This document shows, piece after piece, positions 1-13,500 of a DNA stretch of 64,000 bases. A model generated the notes under the pieces. That model had not been told where the DNA came from, made no database searches, and saw nothing but the letters and a program-made list of their open reading frames with translations. Numbering within the stretch: the first letter of the stretch is position 1; every line of letters starts with the position of its first letter. The stretch comes from Squalus acanthias (lineage: Eukaryota): the NCBI GenBank assembly GCA_030390025.1, contig CM059438.1, positions 56,174,001 to 56,238,000 on the forward strand, written 5' to 3'. The translations under genes and the position numbers were made by a program.

Positions 1-1087
1 ACTCTCCTGCTCACTCCCCATACCCTTTAATATCCCACCCAGTCTAATCCCACTCTCCCGCTCACTCCCCATACCCTTTAATATCCCATCCAGTCCATCC
101 CACTCTCCCGCTCACTCCCCAAACCCTTTAATATCCCACCCAGTCCAATCCCACTCTCCCTCTCACTCCCCATACCCTTTAATATCCCACCCAGTCGAAT
201 CCCACTCTCCCGCTCACTCCCCACACACTTTAAGTACCCACCCAGTCTAATCCCACTCTCCCGCTCACTCCCCACACCTTTTAATATCGCACCCAGTCTA
301 ATCCCACTCTCCTACTCACTCCCCGTACCCTTTAAAATCACACCCAGTCTAATCCCACTCTCCCGCTCACTCCCCACACAATTTAATATCCCACCCAGTC
401 TAATCCCACTCTCATTCACACTCCCCACAACCTTTAATATCCCACCCACACAAATCCCACACTCCCACTCACTCCCCATATCCTTTAATATCCCCCCAGT
501 CTAATCCCACTCTCCCGTTCACTCCCCATACCCTTTAATATCCCACCCAGTCTAATCCCACTCTCCCGCTCACTCCCCACACACTTTAACATCCCACCCA
601 GTCTATTCCCACTCTCCCCCTCACTCCCCGTACCCTTTAATAACCCACCCAGTCTAATCCCACCCTCCCGCTCACTCCCCATACCCTTTAATACCCCACC
701 CAGTCTAATGCCACTCTCCTGCACACTCCCTTAACTATTTAAAATCCCACCCAGTCTAATTCCACTCTCCTGCTCACTCCCCGTACCCTTTAATATCCCA
801 CCCAGTCTAATCCCACTCTCCTGCTCACTCCCCACACCCTTTAACATCCCACCCAGTCTAATCCCACTCTCCCACTCACACCCCAGACCCTTTAATATCC
901 CACCCAGTCTAATCCCACTCTCCTGCTCACTCCCCACACCCTTTAATATCTCGCCCATTCTAATTCCAATCTCCCGCTCACTCCCCATACCCGTTAACAT
1001 CCCATCCAGTCTAATGAAATTCTTCCCTTCATTTCCATTACCCTTTAATATCCCACCCTATCTAATCCCACTCTCTTGCTCACCCCC

Positions 1088-1306
1088 TGACATGAATCTT
1101 GTCATTCATGATTTATGACATAATACTGGACGGCCTGCTGGTGGCGATGTCCAGGGAGAGAATAAATACTCGGGTATGGGCCCAGCTTGCTCCGGACATT
1201 CCTTAACAGGACTCAGCAAAGGACAACTAGATCTCCATGTTGTAAAACAGTTGTTGAAAGCTTTGTTTAACGCTCAGACCAAGTGCCTAGTAGTTTTCTT
1301 ACGTAG
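1088..1306. other. ~220-bp non-satellite insertion in the 51-bp array, copy 1; unclassified, possibly a degenerate solo-LTR-like element
   Basis: Unique-composition stretch TGACATGAATC...TTCTTACGTAG between C-runs within a monomer; near-identical copy at 4349-4567. Confidence 0.6.
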
Positions 1307-4300
1307 CCCCCCATACCCTTTAATATCCCAGCCAGTCTAATCCCACTCTCCCGCTCAATCCCCACACCCTTTAATATCCCACCCTGTCTAATCACACTCT
1401 CCCGCTCACTCCCCATATCCTTTAATATCCCACCCAGTCTAATCCCACTCTCCTACTCACTCCCCATACCCTTTAATATCCTTCCAGTCTAATCCCCCTC
1501 TCCTGCTCACTCCCCATACCCTTTAATATCCCACCCAATCTAATCCCACTGTCCCGCTCACTCCCCATACCCTTTAATATCCCACCCAGTCCATCCCACT
1601 CTCATGCTCATTCCCCATACACTTTAATATCCCACCCAGTCTACTCCCACTCTCCCGCTCACTCCCCATACCATTTAATATCCCACCCAGTCCAATCCCA
1701 CTCTCCCTCTCACTCCCCATAGCCTTTAATATCCCACCCAGTCGAATCCCACTCTCCCGCTCACTCCCCACACACTTTAATAACCCACCCAGTCTAATCC
1801 CACTCTCCCGCTCACTCCCCACACCCTTTAATATCCCACCCAGTCTAATCCCACTCTCCCGCTCACTCCCCACACACTTTAATATCGCATCCAGTCTAAT
1901 CCCACTCTCATGCTCACTCCCCATACCCTTTAATATCCCACCCAGTCTAATCCCACTCTCCCTCTCACTCCCCATAGCCTTTATTATCCCACCCAGTCGA
2001 ATCCCACTCTCCCGTTCAATCCCCACACATTTTAAGAACCCACCCAGTCTAATCCCACTCTCCCGCTCACTCCCCACACCCTTTAATATCCCACCCAGTC
2101 TAATCCCACTCTCCCGGTCACTCCCACACACTTTAACATCGCACCCAGTCTAATCCCACTCTCCTGCTCACTCCCCATACCTTTTAATATCGATCCCAGT
2201 CTAATCCCACACTCCCCCTCTCTCCCCACACCCTTTAATATCCCACCTAGTCTAATCCCACTCCCCCGCTCACTCTCCGTACCCTTTAATATCACACCCA
2301 GTCAAATCCCACTCTCCTGCTCACTCCCCATAGCCTTTAATATCCCAACCAGTCTAATCCCACTCTCCCCTTCACTCCCATTACCCTTTAATATCCCACC
2401 CAGTCGAATCCCACTCTCCCCTTCACTCCCATTACCCTTTAATATCCCACCCAGACTAATCCCACTCGACCGCTCTTTTACCCTTTAATATCCCACCTTA
2501 TCTAATCACACCCTTCCGCTCACTTCCCACACCCTTTAAAATCACACCCAGTCTAATCCCACTCTCATTCACACTCCCCACAACCTTTAATATCCCACAC
2601 ACACAAATCCCACACTCCCACTCACTCCCCATACCCTTTAATATCCCCCCAGTCTAATCCCACTCTCCCATTCACTCCCCATACCCTTTAATATCCTACC
2701 CAGTCTAATCCCACTCTCCCGCTCACTCCCCACACCCATTAACATCCCACCCAGTCTAATCCCACTCTCCCGCTCACTCCCCACACCCTTTAATATCTCA
2801 CCCAGTCTAATCCCACTCTCCCGCTCACTCCCCACACCCTTTAATATCCCACCGAGTCTAATCTCACTCTCCCGCTCACTTCCCACACACTTTAATATCC
2901 CACCCAGTCTAATCCCACTCTCCCCCTCTCTCCCCACACCCTTTAATATCCCACCCAGTCTAATCCCACTCTCCCCCTCTCTCCCCACACCCTTTAATAT
3001 TGCAGCCAGTCTAATTCCACTCTCCTGCTCACTCCCCATACCTTTTAATATCGATCCCAGTCTAATCCCACTCTACCCCTCTCTCCCCTCATCCTTTAAT
3101 ATCACACCCAGTCTAATCCCACTCCCCCGCTCACTCCCCGTACCCTTTAATATCACACCCAGTCTAATCCCACTCTCCCTTTTACTCCCATTACCCTTTA
3201 ATATCCCACCCAGTCTAACCCCACTCTCCTGCTCACTCCCCATACCCTTTAACATCCCACCCAGACTAATCCCACTCGACCGCTCTTTTACCCTTTAATA
3301 TCCCACCGAGTCTAATCCCACTCTCCCCCTCACTCCCCACACCCTTTAATATCCCACCCAGTCTAATTCCACTCTCCCGCTCACTCCCCACACACTTTAA
3401 TATCGCACCCAGTTTAATCCCACTCTCCTGCTCACTCCCCATACCTTTTAAATCGATCCCAATCTAATCCCACTCTCCCCCTCTCTCCCCACACCCTTTA
3501 ATATCCGACCCAGTCTAATCCCACTCTCCTGCTCACTCCACATAACTTTTAAATCGATCCCAGTCTAATCCCACTTTCCCCCTCTCTCCCCATACCTTTT
3601 AAATCGATCCCAGTCCAATCCCACTCTCCCGCTCACTCCCCACACACTTTAATATCCCACCCAGTCTAATCCCACTCCCCCGCTCACTCCCCGTAGCCTT
3701 TAATATCGCACCCAGTCTAATCCCACTCTCCCCTTCACTCCCATTACCCTTTAATATCCCACCCAGACTATTCCCACTCTCGCCCTCACTCCCCACACCC
3801 TTTACTATCCCACCCAGTCTATTCCCACTCTCCCCCTCACTCCCCGTACCCTTTAATAACCCACCCAGTCTAATCCCACCCTCCCGCTCACTCCCCATAC
3901 CCTTTAATACCCCACCCAGTCTAATCCCACTCGACCGCTCTTTTACCCTTTAAAATCCCACTTTATCTAATCCCACTCTCCTGCTCACTCCCTTTACCCT
4001 TTAACATCCCACCCAGTCTAATCCCACTCTCCTGCTCACTCCCCGTACCCTTTAATATCCCACCCAGTCTAATCCCACTCTCCTGCTCACTCCCCACACC
4101 CTTTATCATCCCACCCAGTCTAATCCCACTCTCCCACTCACACCCCAGACCCTTTAATATCCCACCCAGTCTAATCCCACTCTCCTGCTCACTCCCCACA
4201 CCCTTTAATTCTCACCCATTCTAATTCCAATTTCCCGCTCACTCCCCATACCCGTTAACATCCCATCCAGTCTAATGAAATTCTTCCCTTCATTTCCATT

Positions 4301-4348
4301 ACCCTTTAATATCCCACCCTATCTAATCCCACTCTCTTGCTCACCCCC

Positions 4349-4567
4349 TGACATGAATCTTGTCATTCATGATTTATGACATAATACTGGACGGCCTGCT
4401 GGTGGCGATGTCCAGGGAGAGAATAAATACTCAGGTATGGGCCCAGCTTGCTCAGGACATTCTTTAACAGGAACTAGGTAAGGACAACTAGATCTCCATG
4501 TTGTAAAACAGTTGTTTAAAGCTTTGTTTAACGCTCAGACCAAGTGCCTAGTAGTTTTCTTATGTAA
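4349..4567. other. ~220-bp non-satellite insertion, copy 2
   Basis: Same sequence and same flanking monomer variants as 1088-1306, with roughly ten differences. Confidence 0.6.
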
Positions 4568-7500
4568 CCCCCCACGCCCTTTAATATCCCAGCCAGTCTA
4601 ATCCCACTGTCCCGCTCAATCCCCACACCCTTTAATATCCCACCCAGTCTAATCACACTCTCCCGCTCACTCCCCATATCCTTTAATATCCCACGCAGTC
4701 TAATCCCACTCTCCTACTCACTCCCCATACCCTTTAATATCCTTCCAGTCTTATCCCCCTCTCCTGCTCACTCCCCATACCCTTTAATATCCCACCCAAT
4801 CTAATCCCACTCTCCTGCTCACTCCCCATACCCTTTACTATCCCACCCAGTCTAATCCCACTCTCCCGCTCACTCCCCATACCCTTTAATATCCCACCCA
4901 GTCCATCCCACTCTCATGCTCACTCCCCATAGCCTTTAATATCCCACCCAGTCCAATCCCACTCTCCCTCTCACTCCCCATAGCCTATAATAACCCACCC
5001 AGTCGAATCCCACTCTCCCACTCACTCCCCACACACTTTAATAACCCACTCAGGCTAATCCCACTCTCCCGCTCACTCCCCACACCCTTTAATATCCCAC
5101 CCAGTCTAATCCCACTCTCCCGCTCACTATCCACACACTTTAATATCGCACCCAGTCTAATGCCACTCTCCTGCTCACTCCCCATACCTTTTAATATCGA
5201 TCCCAGTCTATTCCCACTCTCCCCCCATCTCCCCACACACTTCAATATCCCACCCAGTCTAATCCCACTCCCCCGCTCACTCCCCGTACCCTTTAATATC
5301 ACACCCAGTCAAATCCCACTCTCCTGCTCACTCCCCATAGCCTTTAATATCCCACCCAGTCGAATCCCACTCTCCCCTTCACGCCCATTACCCTTTAATA
5401 TCGCACCCAGACTAATCCCACTCGACCGCTCTTTTACCCTTTAATATCCCACCTTATCTAATCACACCCTCCCGCTCACTTCCCACACCCTTTAAAATCA
5501 CACCCAGTCTAATCCCACTCTCCCGCTCACTCCCCATACCCTTTATATCACACCCAGTCTGATCCCACTCTCCCGCTCACTCCCCACACCCTTTATATCC
5601 CACCCAGTCTAATCCCACTATCATTCACACTCCCCACAACCTTTAATATCCCACCCACACAAATCCCACACTCCCACTCACTCCCCATAACCTTTAATAT
5701 CCCCCCAGTCTAATGCCACTCTCCCGTTCACTCCCCATACCCTTTAATATCCCACCCAGTCTAATCCCACTCTCCCGCTCACTCCCCACACCCTTTAACA
5801 TCCCACCCAGTCTAATCCCACTCTCCCGCTCACTCCCCATACCCTTTAACATCCCACCCAGTCTATTCCCACTCTCCCCCTCACTCCCCACACCCTTTAA
5901 TATTCCACCCAGTCTATTCCCACTCTCCCCCTCACTCCCCGTACCCTTTAATAACCCACCCAGTCTAATCCCACCCTCCCGCTCACTCCCCATACCCTTT
6001 AATACCCCACCCAGTCTAATCCCACTCTCCTGCTCACTCCCTTTACCCTTTAACATCCCACCCTGTCTAATCCCACTCTCCTGCTCAATCCCCGTGCCCT
6101 TTAATATCCCACCCAGTCTAATCCCACTCTCCTGCTCACTCCCCACACCCTTTAACATCCCACCCTGTCTAATCCCACTCTCCCACTCACACCCCAGACC
6201 CTTTAATATCCCACCCAGTCTAATCCCACTCTCCTGCTCACTCCCCACACCCTTTAATATCCCACCCAGTCTAATTCCAATCTCCCGCTCACTCCCCATA
6301 CCTGTTAACATCCCATCCAGTCTAATGAAATTCTTCCCTTCATTTCCATTACCCTTTAATATACCACCCAGTCTAATCCCACTCTCCTGCTCGCTCCCCG
6401 TACCCTTCAATATCCCACCCAGTCTAATCCCACACTCCTGCTCACTCCCCATACCGTTTAATATCCCCCCAGTCTAATCCCACTCCCCCGCTCACTCCCC
6501 GTACCGTTTAATATCACAACCAGTCAAATCCCACTCTCCTGCTCACTCCCCATAGCCTTTAATATCCCAACCAGTCTAATCCCACTCACCCCTTCACTCC
6601 CATTACCCTTTAATATCCCAACCAGTCTAATCCCACTCTCCCCTTCACTCCCATTACCCTTTAATATCCCACCCAGACTAATCCCACTCGACCGCTCTTT
6701 TACCCTTTAATATCCCACCTTATCTAATCACACCCTCCCGCTCACTTCCCACTCCCTTTAATATCCCAGCCAGTCTAATCCCACTCTCCCGCTCACTCCC
6801 CACACCCTTTAATATCCCACCCAGTCTAATCCCACTCTCCCGCTCACTCCCCACACCCTTTAATATTCCACCCAGTCTATTCCCACTCTCCCCCTCACTC
6901 CCCGTACCCTTTAATACCCCACCCAGTCTAATCCCACTCTCCTGCTCACTCCCTTTACCCTTTAACATCCCACCCAGTCTAATCCCACTCTCCTGCTCAC
7001 TCCCCACACCCTTTAATATCCCACCCAGTCTAATTCCAATCTCCCGCTCACTCCCCATACCTGTTAACATCCCATCCAGTCTAATGAAATTCTTCCCTTC
7101 ATTTCCATTACCCTTTAATATACCACCCAGTCTAATCCCACTCTCCTGCTCGCTCCCCGTTCCCTTCAATATCCCACCCAGTCTAATCCCACTCTCCTGC
7201 TCACTCCCCATACCGTTTAATATCCCCCCAGTCTAATCCCACTCCCCCGCTCACTCCCCGTACCGTTTAATATCCCACCCAGTCTAATCACACTCTCCCG
7301 CTCACTCCCCATATCCTTTAATATCCCACGCAGTCTAATCCCACTCTCCTACTCACTCCCCATACCCTTTAATATCCTTCCAGTCTTATCCCCCTCTCCT
7401 GCTCACTCCCCATACCCTTTAATATCCCACCCAATCTAATCCCACTCTCCTGCTCACTCCCCATACCCTTTACTATCCCACCCAGTCTAATCCCACTCTC

Positions 7501-10500
7501 CCGCTCACTCCCCATACCCTTTAATATCCCACCCAGTCCATCCCACTCTCATGCTCACTCCCCATAGCCTTTAATATCCCACCCAGTCCAATCCCACTCT
7601 CCCTCTCACTCCCCATAGCCTATAATAACCCACCCAGTCGAATCCCACTCTCCCGCTCACTCCCCACACATTTAATAACCCACTCAGGCTAATCCCACTC
7701 TCCCGCTCACTCCCCACACCCTTTAATATCCCACCCAGTCTAATCACACTCTCCCGCTCACTCCCCATATCCTTTATTATCCCACGCAGTCTAATCCCAC
7801 TCTCCCGCTCACTCTCCACACCCTTTACTATCCCACCCAGTCTAATCCCACTCTCCCGCTCACTCCCCATACCCTTTAATATCCCACCCAGTCCATCCCA
7901 CTCTCATGCTCACTCCCCATAGCCTTTAATATCCCACCCAGTCCAATCCCACTCTCCCTCTCACTCCCCATAGCCTATAATAACCCACCCAGTCGAATCC
8001 CACTCTCCCACTCACTCCCCACACACTTTAATAACCCACTCAGGCTAATCCCACTCTCCCGCTCACTCCCCACACCCTTTAATATCCCACCCAGTCTAAT
8101 CCCACTCTCCCGCTCACTATCCACACACTTTAATATCGCACCCAGTCTAATGCCACTCTCCTGCTCACTCCCCATACCTTTTAATATCGATCCCAGTCTA
8201 ATCCCACTCTTCCCCCATCTCCCCACACACTTCAATATCCCACCCAGTCTAATCCCACTCCCCCGCTCACTCCCCGTACCCTTTAATATCACACCCAGTC
8301 AAATCCCACTCTCCTGCTCACTCCCCATAGCCTTTAATATCCCACCCAGTCGAATCCCACTCTCCCCTTCACGCCCATTACCCTTTAATATCCCACCCAG
8401 ACTAATCCCACTCGACCGCTCTTTTACCCTTTAATATCCCACCTTATCTAATCACACCCTCCCGCTCACTTCCCACACCCTTTAAAATCACACCCAGTCT
8501 AATCCCACTCTCCCGCTCACTCCCCATACCCTTTATATCACACCCAGTCTGATCCCACTCTCCCGCTCACTCCCCACACCCTTTATATCCCACCCAGTCT
8601 AATCCCACTATCATTCACACTCCCCACAACCTTTAATATCCCACCCACACAAATCCCACACTCCCACTCACTCCCCATAACCTTTAATATCCCCCCAGTC
8701 TAATGCCACTCTCCCGTTCACTCCCCATACCCTTTAATATCCCACCCAGTCTAATCCCACTCTCCCGCTCACTCCCCACACCCTTTAACATCCCACCCAG
8801 TCTAATCCCACTCTCCCGCTCACTCCCCATACCCTTTAACATCCCACCCAGTCTATTCCCACTCTCCCCCTCACTCCCCACACCCTTTAATATTCCACCC
8901 AGTCTATTCCCACTCTCCCCCTCACTCCCCGTACCCTTTAATAACCCACCCAGTCTAATCCCACCCTCCCGCTCACTCCCCATACCCTTTAATACCCCAC
9001 CCAGTCTAATCCCACTCTCCTGCTCACTCCCTTTACCCTTTAACATCCCACCCAGTCTAATCCCACTCTCCTGCTCAATCCCCGTGCCCTTTAATATCCC
9101 ACCCAGTCTAATCCCACTCTCCTGCTCACTCCCCACACCCTTTAACATCCCACCCTGTCTAATCCCACTCTCCCACTCACACCCCAGACCCTTTAATATC
9201 CCACCCAGTCTAATCCCACTCTCCTGCTCACTCCCCACACCCTTTAATATCCCACCCAGTCTAATTCCAATCTCCCGCTCACTCCCCATACCTGTTAACA
9301 TCCCATCCAGTCTAATGAAATTCTTCCCTTCATTTCCATTACCCTTTAATATACCACCCAGTCTAATCCCACTCTCCTGCTCGCTCCCCGTACCCTTCAA
9401 TATCCCACCCAGTCTAATCCCACACTCCTGCTCACTCCCCATACCGTTTAATATCCCCCCAGTCTAATCCCACTCCCCCGCTCACTCCCCGTACCGTTTA
9501 ATATCACAACCAGTCAAATCCCACTCTCCTGCTCACTCCCCATAGCCTTTAATATCCCAACCAGTCTAATCCCACTCACCCCTTCACTCCCATTACCCTT
9601 TAATATCCCAACCAGTCTAATCCCACTCTCCCCTTCACTCCCATTACCCTTTAATATCCCACCCAGACTAATCCCACTCGACCGCTCTTTTACCCTTTAA
9701 TATCCCACCTTATCTAATCACACCCTCCCGCTCACTTCCCACTCCCTTTAATATCCCAGCCAGTCTAATCCCACTCTCCCGCTCACTCCCCACACCCTTT
9801 AATATCCCACCCAGTCTAATCCCACTCTCCCGCTCACTCCCCACACCCTTTAATATTCCACCCAGTCTATTCCCACTCTCCCCCTCACTCCCCGTACCCT
9901 TTAATAACCCACCCAGTCTAATCCCACCCTCCCGCTCACTCCCCATACCCTTTAATACCCCACCCAGTCTAATCCCACTCTCCTGCTCACTCCCTTTACC
10001 CTTTAACATCCCACCCAGTCTAATCCCACTCTCCTGCTCAATCCCCGTGCCCTTTAATATCCCACCCAGTCTAATCCCACTCTCCTGCTCACTCCCCACA
10101 CCCTTTAACATCCCACCCTGTCTAATCCCACTCTCCCACTCACACCCCAGACCCTTTAATATCCCACCCAGTCTAATCCCACTCTCCTGCTCACTCCCCA
10201 CACCCTTTAATATCCCACCCAGTCTAATTCCAATCTCCCGCTCACTCCCCATACCTGTTAACATCCCATCCAGTCTAATGAAATTCTTCCCTTCATTTCC
10301 ATTACCCTTTAATATACCACCCAGTCTAATCCCACTCTCCTGCTCGCTCCCCGTTCCCTTCAATATCCCACCCAGTCTAATCCCACTCTCCTGCTCACTC
10401 CCCATACCGTTTAATATCCCCCCAGTCTAATCCCACTCCCCCGCTCACTCCCCGTACCGTTTAATATCCCACCCAGTCTAATCACACTCTCCCGCTCACT

Positions 10501-13500
10501 CCCCATATCCTTTAATATCCCACGCAGTCTAATCCCACTCTCCTACTCACTCCCCATACCCTTTAATATCCTTCCAGTCTTATCCCCCTCTCCTGCTCAC
10601 TCCCCATACCCTTTAATATCCCACCCAATCTAATCCCACTCTCCTGCTCACTCCCCATACCCTTTACTATCCCACCCAGTCTAATCCCACTCTCCCGCTC
10701 ACTCCCCATACCCTTTAATATCCCACCCAGTCCATCCCACTCTCATGCTCACTCCCCATAGCCTTTAATATCCCACCCAGTCCAATCCCACTCTCCCTCT
10801 CACTCCCCATAGCCTATAATAACCCACCCAGTCGAATCCCACTCTCCCGCTCACTCCCCACACACTTTAATAACCCACTCAGGCTAATCCCACTCTCCCG
10901 TTCACTCCCCACACCCTTTAATATCCCACCCAGTCTAATCCCACTCTCCCGCTCACTATCCACACACTTTAATATCGCACCCAGTCTAATGCCACTCTCC
11001 TGCTCACTCCCCATACCTTTTAATATCGATCCCAGTCTAATCCCACTCTCCCCCCATCTCCCCACACACTTCAATATCCCACCCAGTCTAATCCCACGCC
11101 CCCGCTCACTCCCCGTACCCTTTAATATCACACCCAGTCAAATCCCACTCTCCTGCTCACTCCCCATAGCCTTTAATATCCCACCCAGTCTAATCCCACT
11201 CTCCCCTTCACGCCCATTACCCTTTAATATCCCACCCAGACTAATCCCACTCGACCGCTCTTTTCCCCTTTAATATCCCACCTTATCTAATCACACCCTC
11301 CCGCTCACTTCCCACACCCTTTAAAATCACACCCAGTCTGATCCCACTCTCCCGCTCACTCCCCACACCCTTTATATCCCACCCAGTCTAATCCCACTAT
11401 CATTCACACTCCCCACAACCTTTAATATCCCACCCACACAAATCCCACACTCCCACTCACTCCCCATAACCTTTAATATCCCCCCAGTCTAATGCCACTC
11501 TCCCGTTCACTCCCCATACCCTTTAATATCCCACCCAGTCTAATCCCACTCTCCCGCTCACTCCCCACACCCTTTAACATCCCACCCAGTCTAATCCCAC
11601 TCTCCCGCTCACTCCCCATAACCTTTAATATTCCACCCAGTCTATTCCCACTCTCCCGCTCACTCCCCATACCCTTTAATACCCCACCCAGTCTAATCCC
11701 ACTCTCCTGCTCACTCCCTTTACCCTTTAATATCCCACCCAGTCTAATTCCAATCTCCCGCTCACTCCCCATACCTGTTAACATCCCATCCAGTCTAATG
11801 AAATTCTTCCCTTCATTTCCATTACACTTTAATATACCACCCAGTCTAATCCCACTCTCCTGCTCGCTCCCCGTTCCCTTCAATATCCCACCCAGTCTAA
11901 TCCCACTCTCCTGCTCACTCCCCATACCGTTTAATATCCCCCCAGTCTAACCCCACTCCCCCGCTCACTCCCCGTACCGTTTAATATCACAACCAGTCAA
12001 ATCCCACTCTCCTGCTCACTCCCCATAGCCTTTAATATCCCAACCAGTCTAATCCCACTCACCCCTTCACTCCCATTACCCTTTAATATCCCAACCAGTC
12101 TAATCCCACTCTCCCCTTCACTCCCATTACCCTTTAATATCCCACCCAGACTAATCCCACTCGACCGCTCTTTTACCCTTTAATATCCCACCTTATCTAA
12201 TCACACCCTCCCGCTCACTTCCCACTCCCTTTAATATCCCAGCCAGTCTAATCCCACTCTCCCGCTCACTCCCCACACCCTTTAATATCCCACCCAGTCT
12301 AATCCCACTCTCCCGCTCACTCCCCACACCCTTTAATATCCCACCCAGTCTAATCCCACTCTCCCGCTCACTCCCCGCACCCTTTAATATCCCACCCAGT
12401 CTAATCCCACTCTCCCCCTCACTCCCCGTACCCTTTAATATCCCACCCAGTCTAATCCCACTCTCCCGCTCACTCCCCACACCCTTTAATATCCCACCCA
12501 GTCGAATCCCACTCTCCTGCTCACTCCCCACACCCTTTAATATCCCACCCAGTCTAATCCCACTCTCCCGCTCACTCCCCATAGCCTTTAATAATCCACC
12601 CAATCTAATCCCACTCTCCCGATCACTCCCCACACCCTTTAATATTCCTCCCAGTCTAATCCCACTCTCCTGCTCACTCCCCATACCCTTTAATATCCCA
12701 CCCAGTCTAATCCCACTCCCCCGCTCACTCCCCGTAGCCTTTAATATCACACCCAGTCAAATCCCACTCTCCTGCTCACTCCCCATAGCCTTTAATATCG
12801 CACCCAGTCTAATCCCACTCTCCCCTTCACTCCCATTACCCTTTAATATCCCACCCAGACTAATCCCACTCGACCGCTCTTTTACCCTTTAAAATCCCAC
12901 TTTATCTAATCACACCCTCCCGCTCACTTCCCACACCCTTTAAAATCACACCCATTCTAATCCCACTCTCCCGCTCACTCCCCATACCCTTTAACATCCC
13001 ACCCAGACTATTCCCACTCTCGCCCTCACTCCCCACACCCTTTACTATCCCACCCAGTCTAATCCCACTCTCCTGCTCACTCCCCACACCCTTTAATATT
13101 CCACCCAGTCTATTCCCACTCTCCCCCTCACTCCCCGTACCCTTTAATAACCCACCCAGTCTAATCCCACCCTCCCGCTCACTCCCCATACCCTTTAATA
13201 CCCCACCCAGTCTAATCCCACTCTCCTGCTCACTCCCTTTACCCTTTAACATCCCACCCAGTCTAATCCCACTCTCCTGCTCACTCCCCGTACCCTTTAA
13301 TATCCCACCCAGTCTAATCCCACTCTCCTGCTCACTCCCCACACCCTTTATCATCCCACCCAGTCTAATCCCACTCTCCCACTCACACCCCAGACCCTTT
13401 AATATCCCACCCAGTCTAATCCCACTCTCCTGCTCACTCCCCACACCCTTTAATTCTCACCCATTCTAATTCCAATTTCCCGCTCACTCCCCATACCCGT

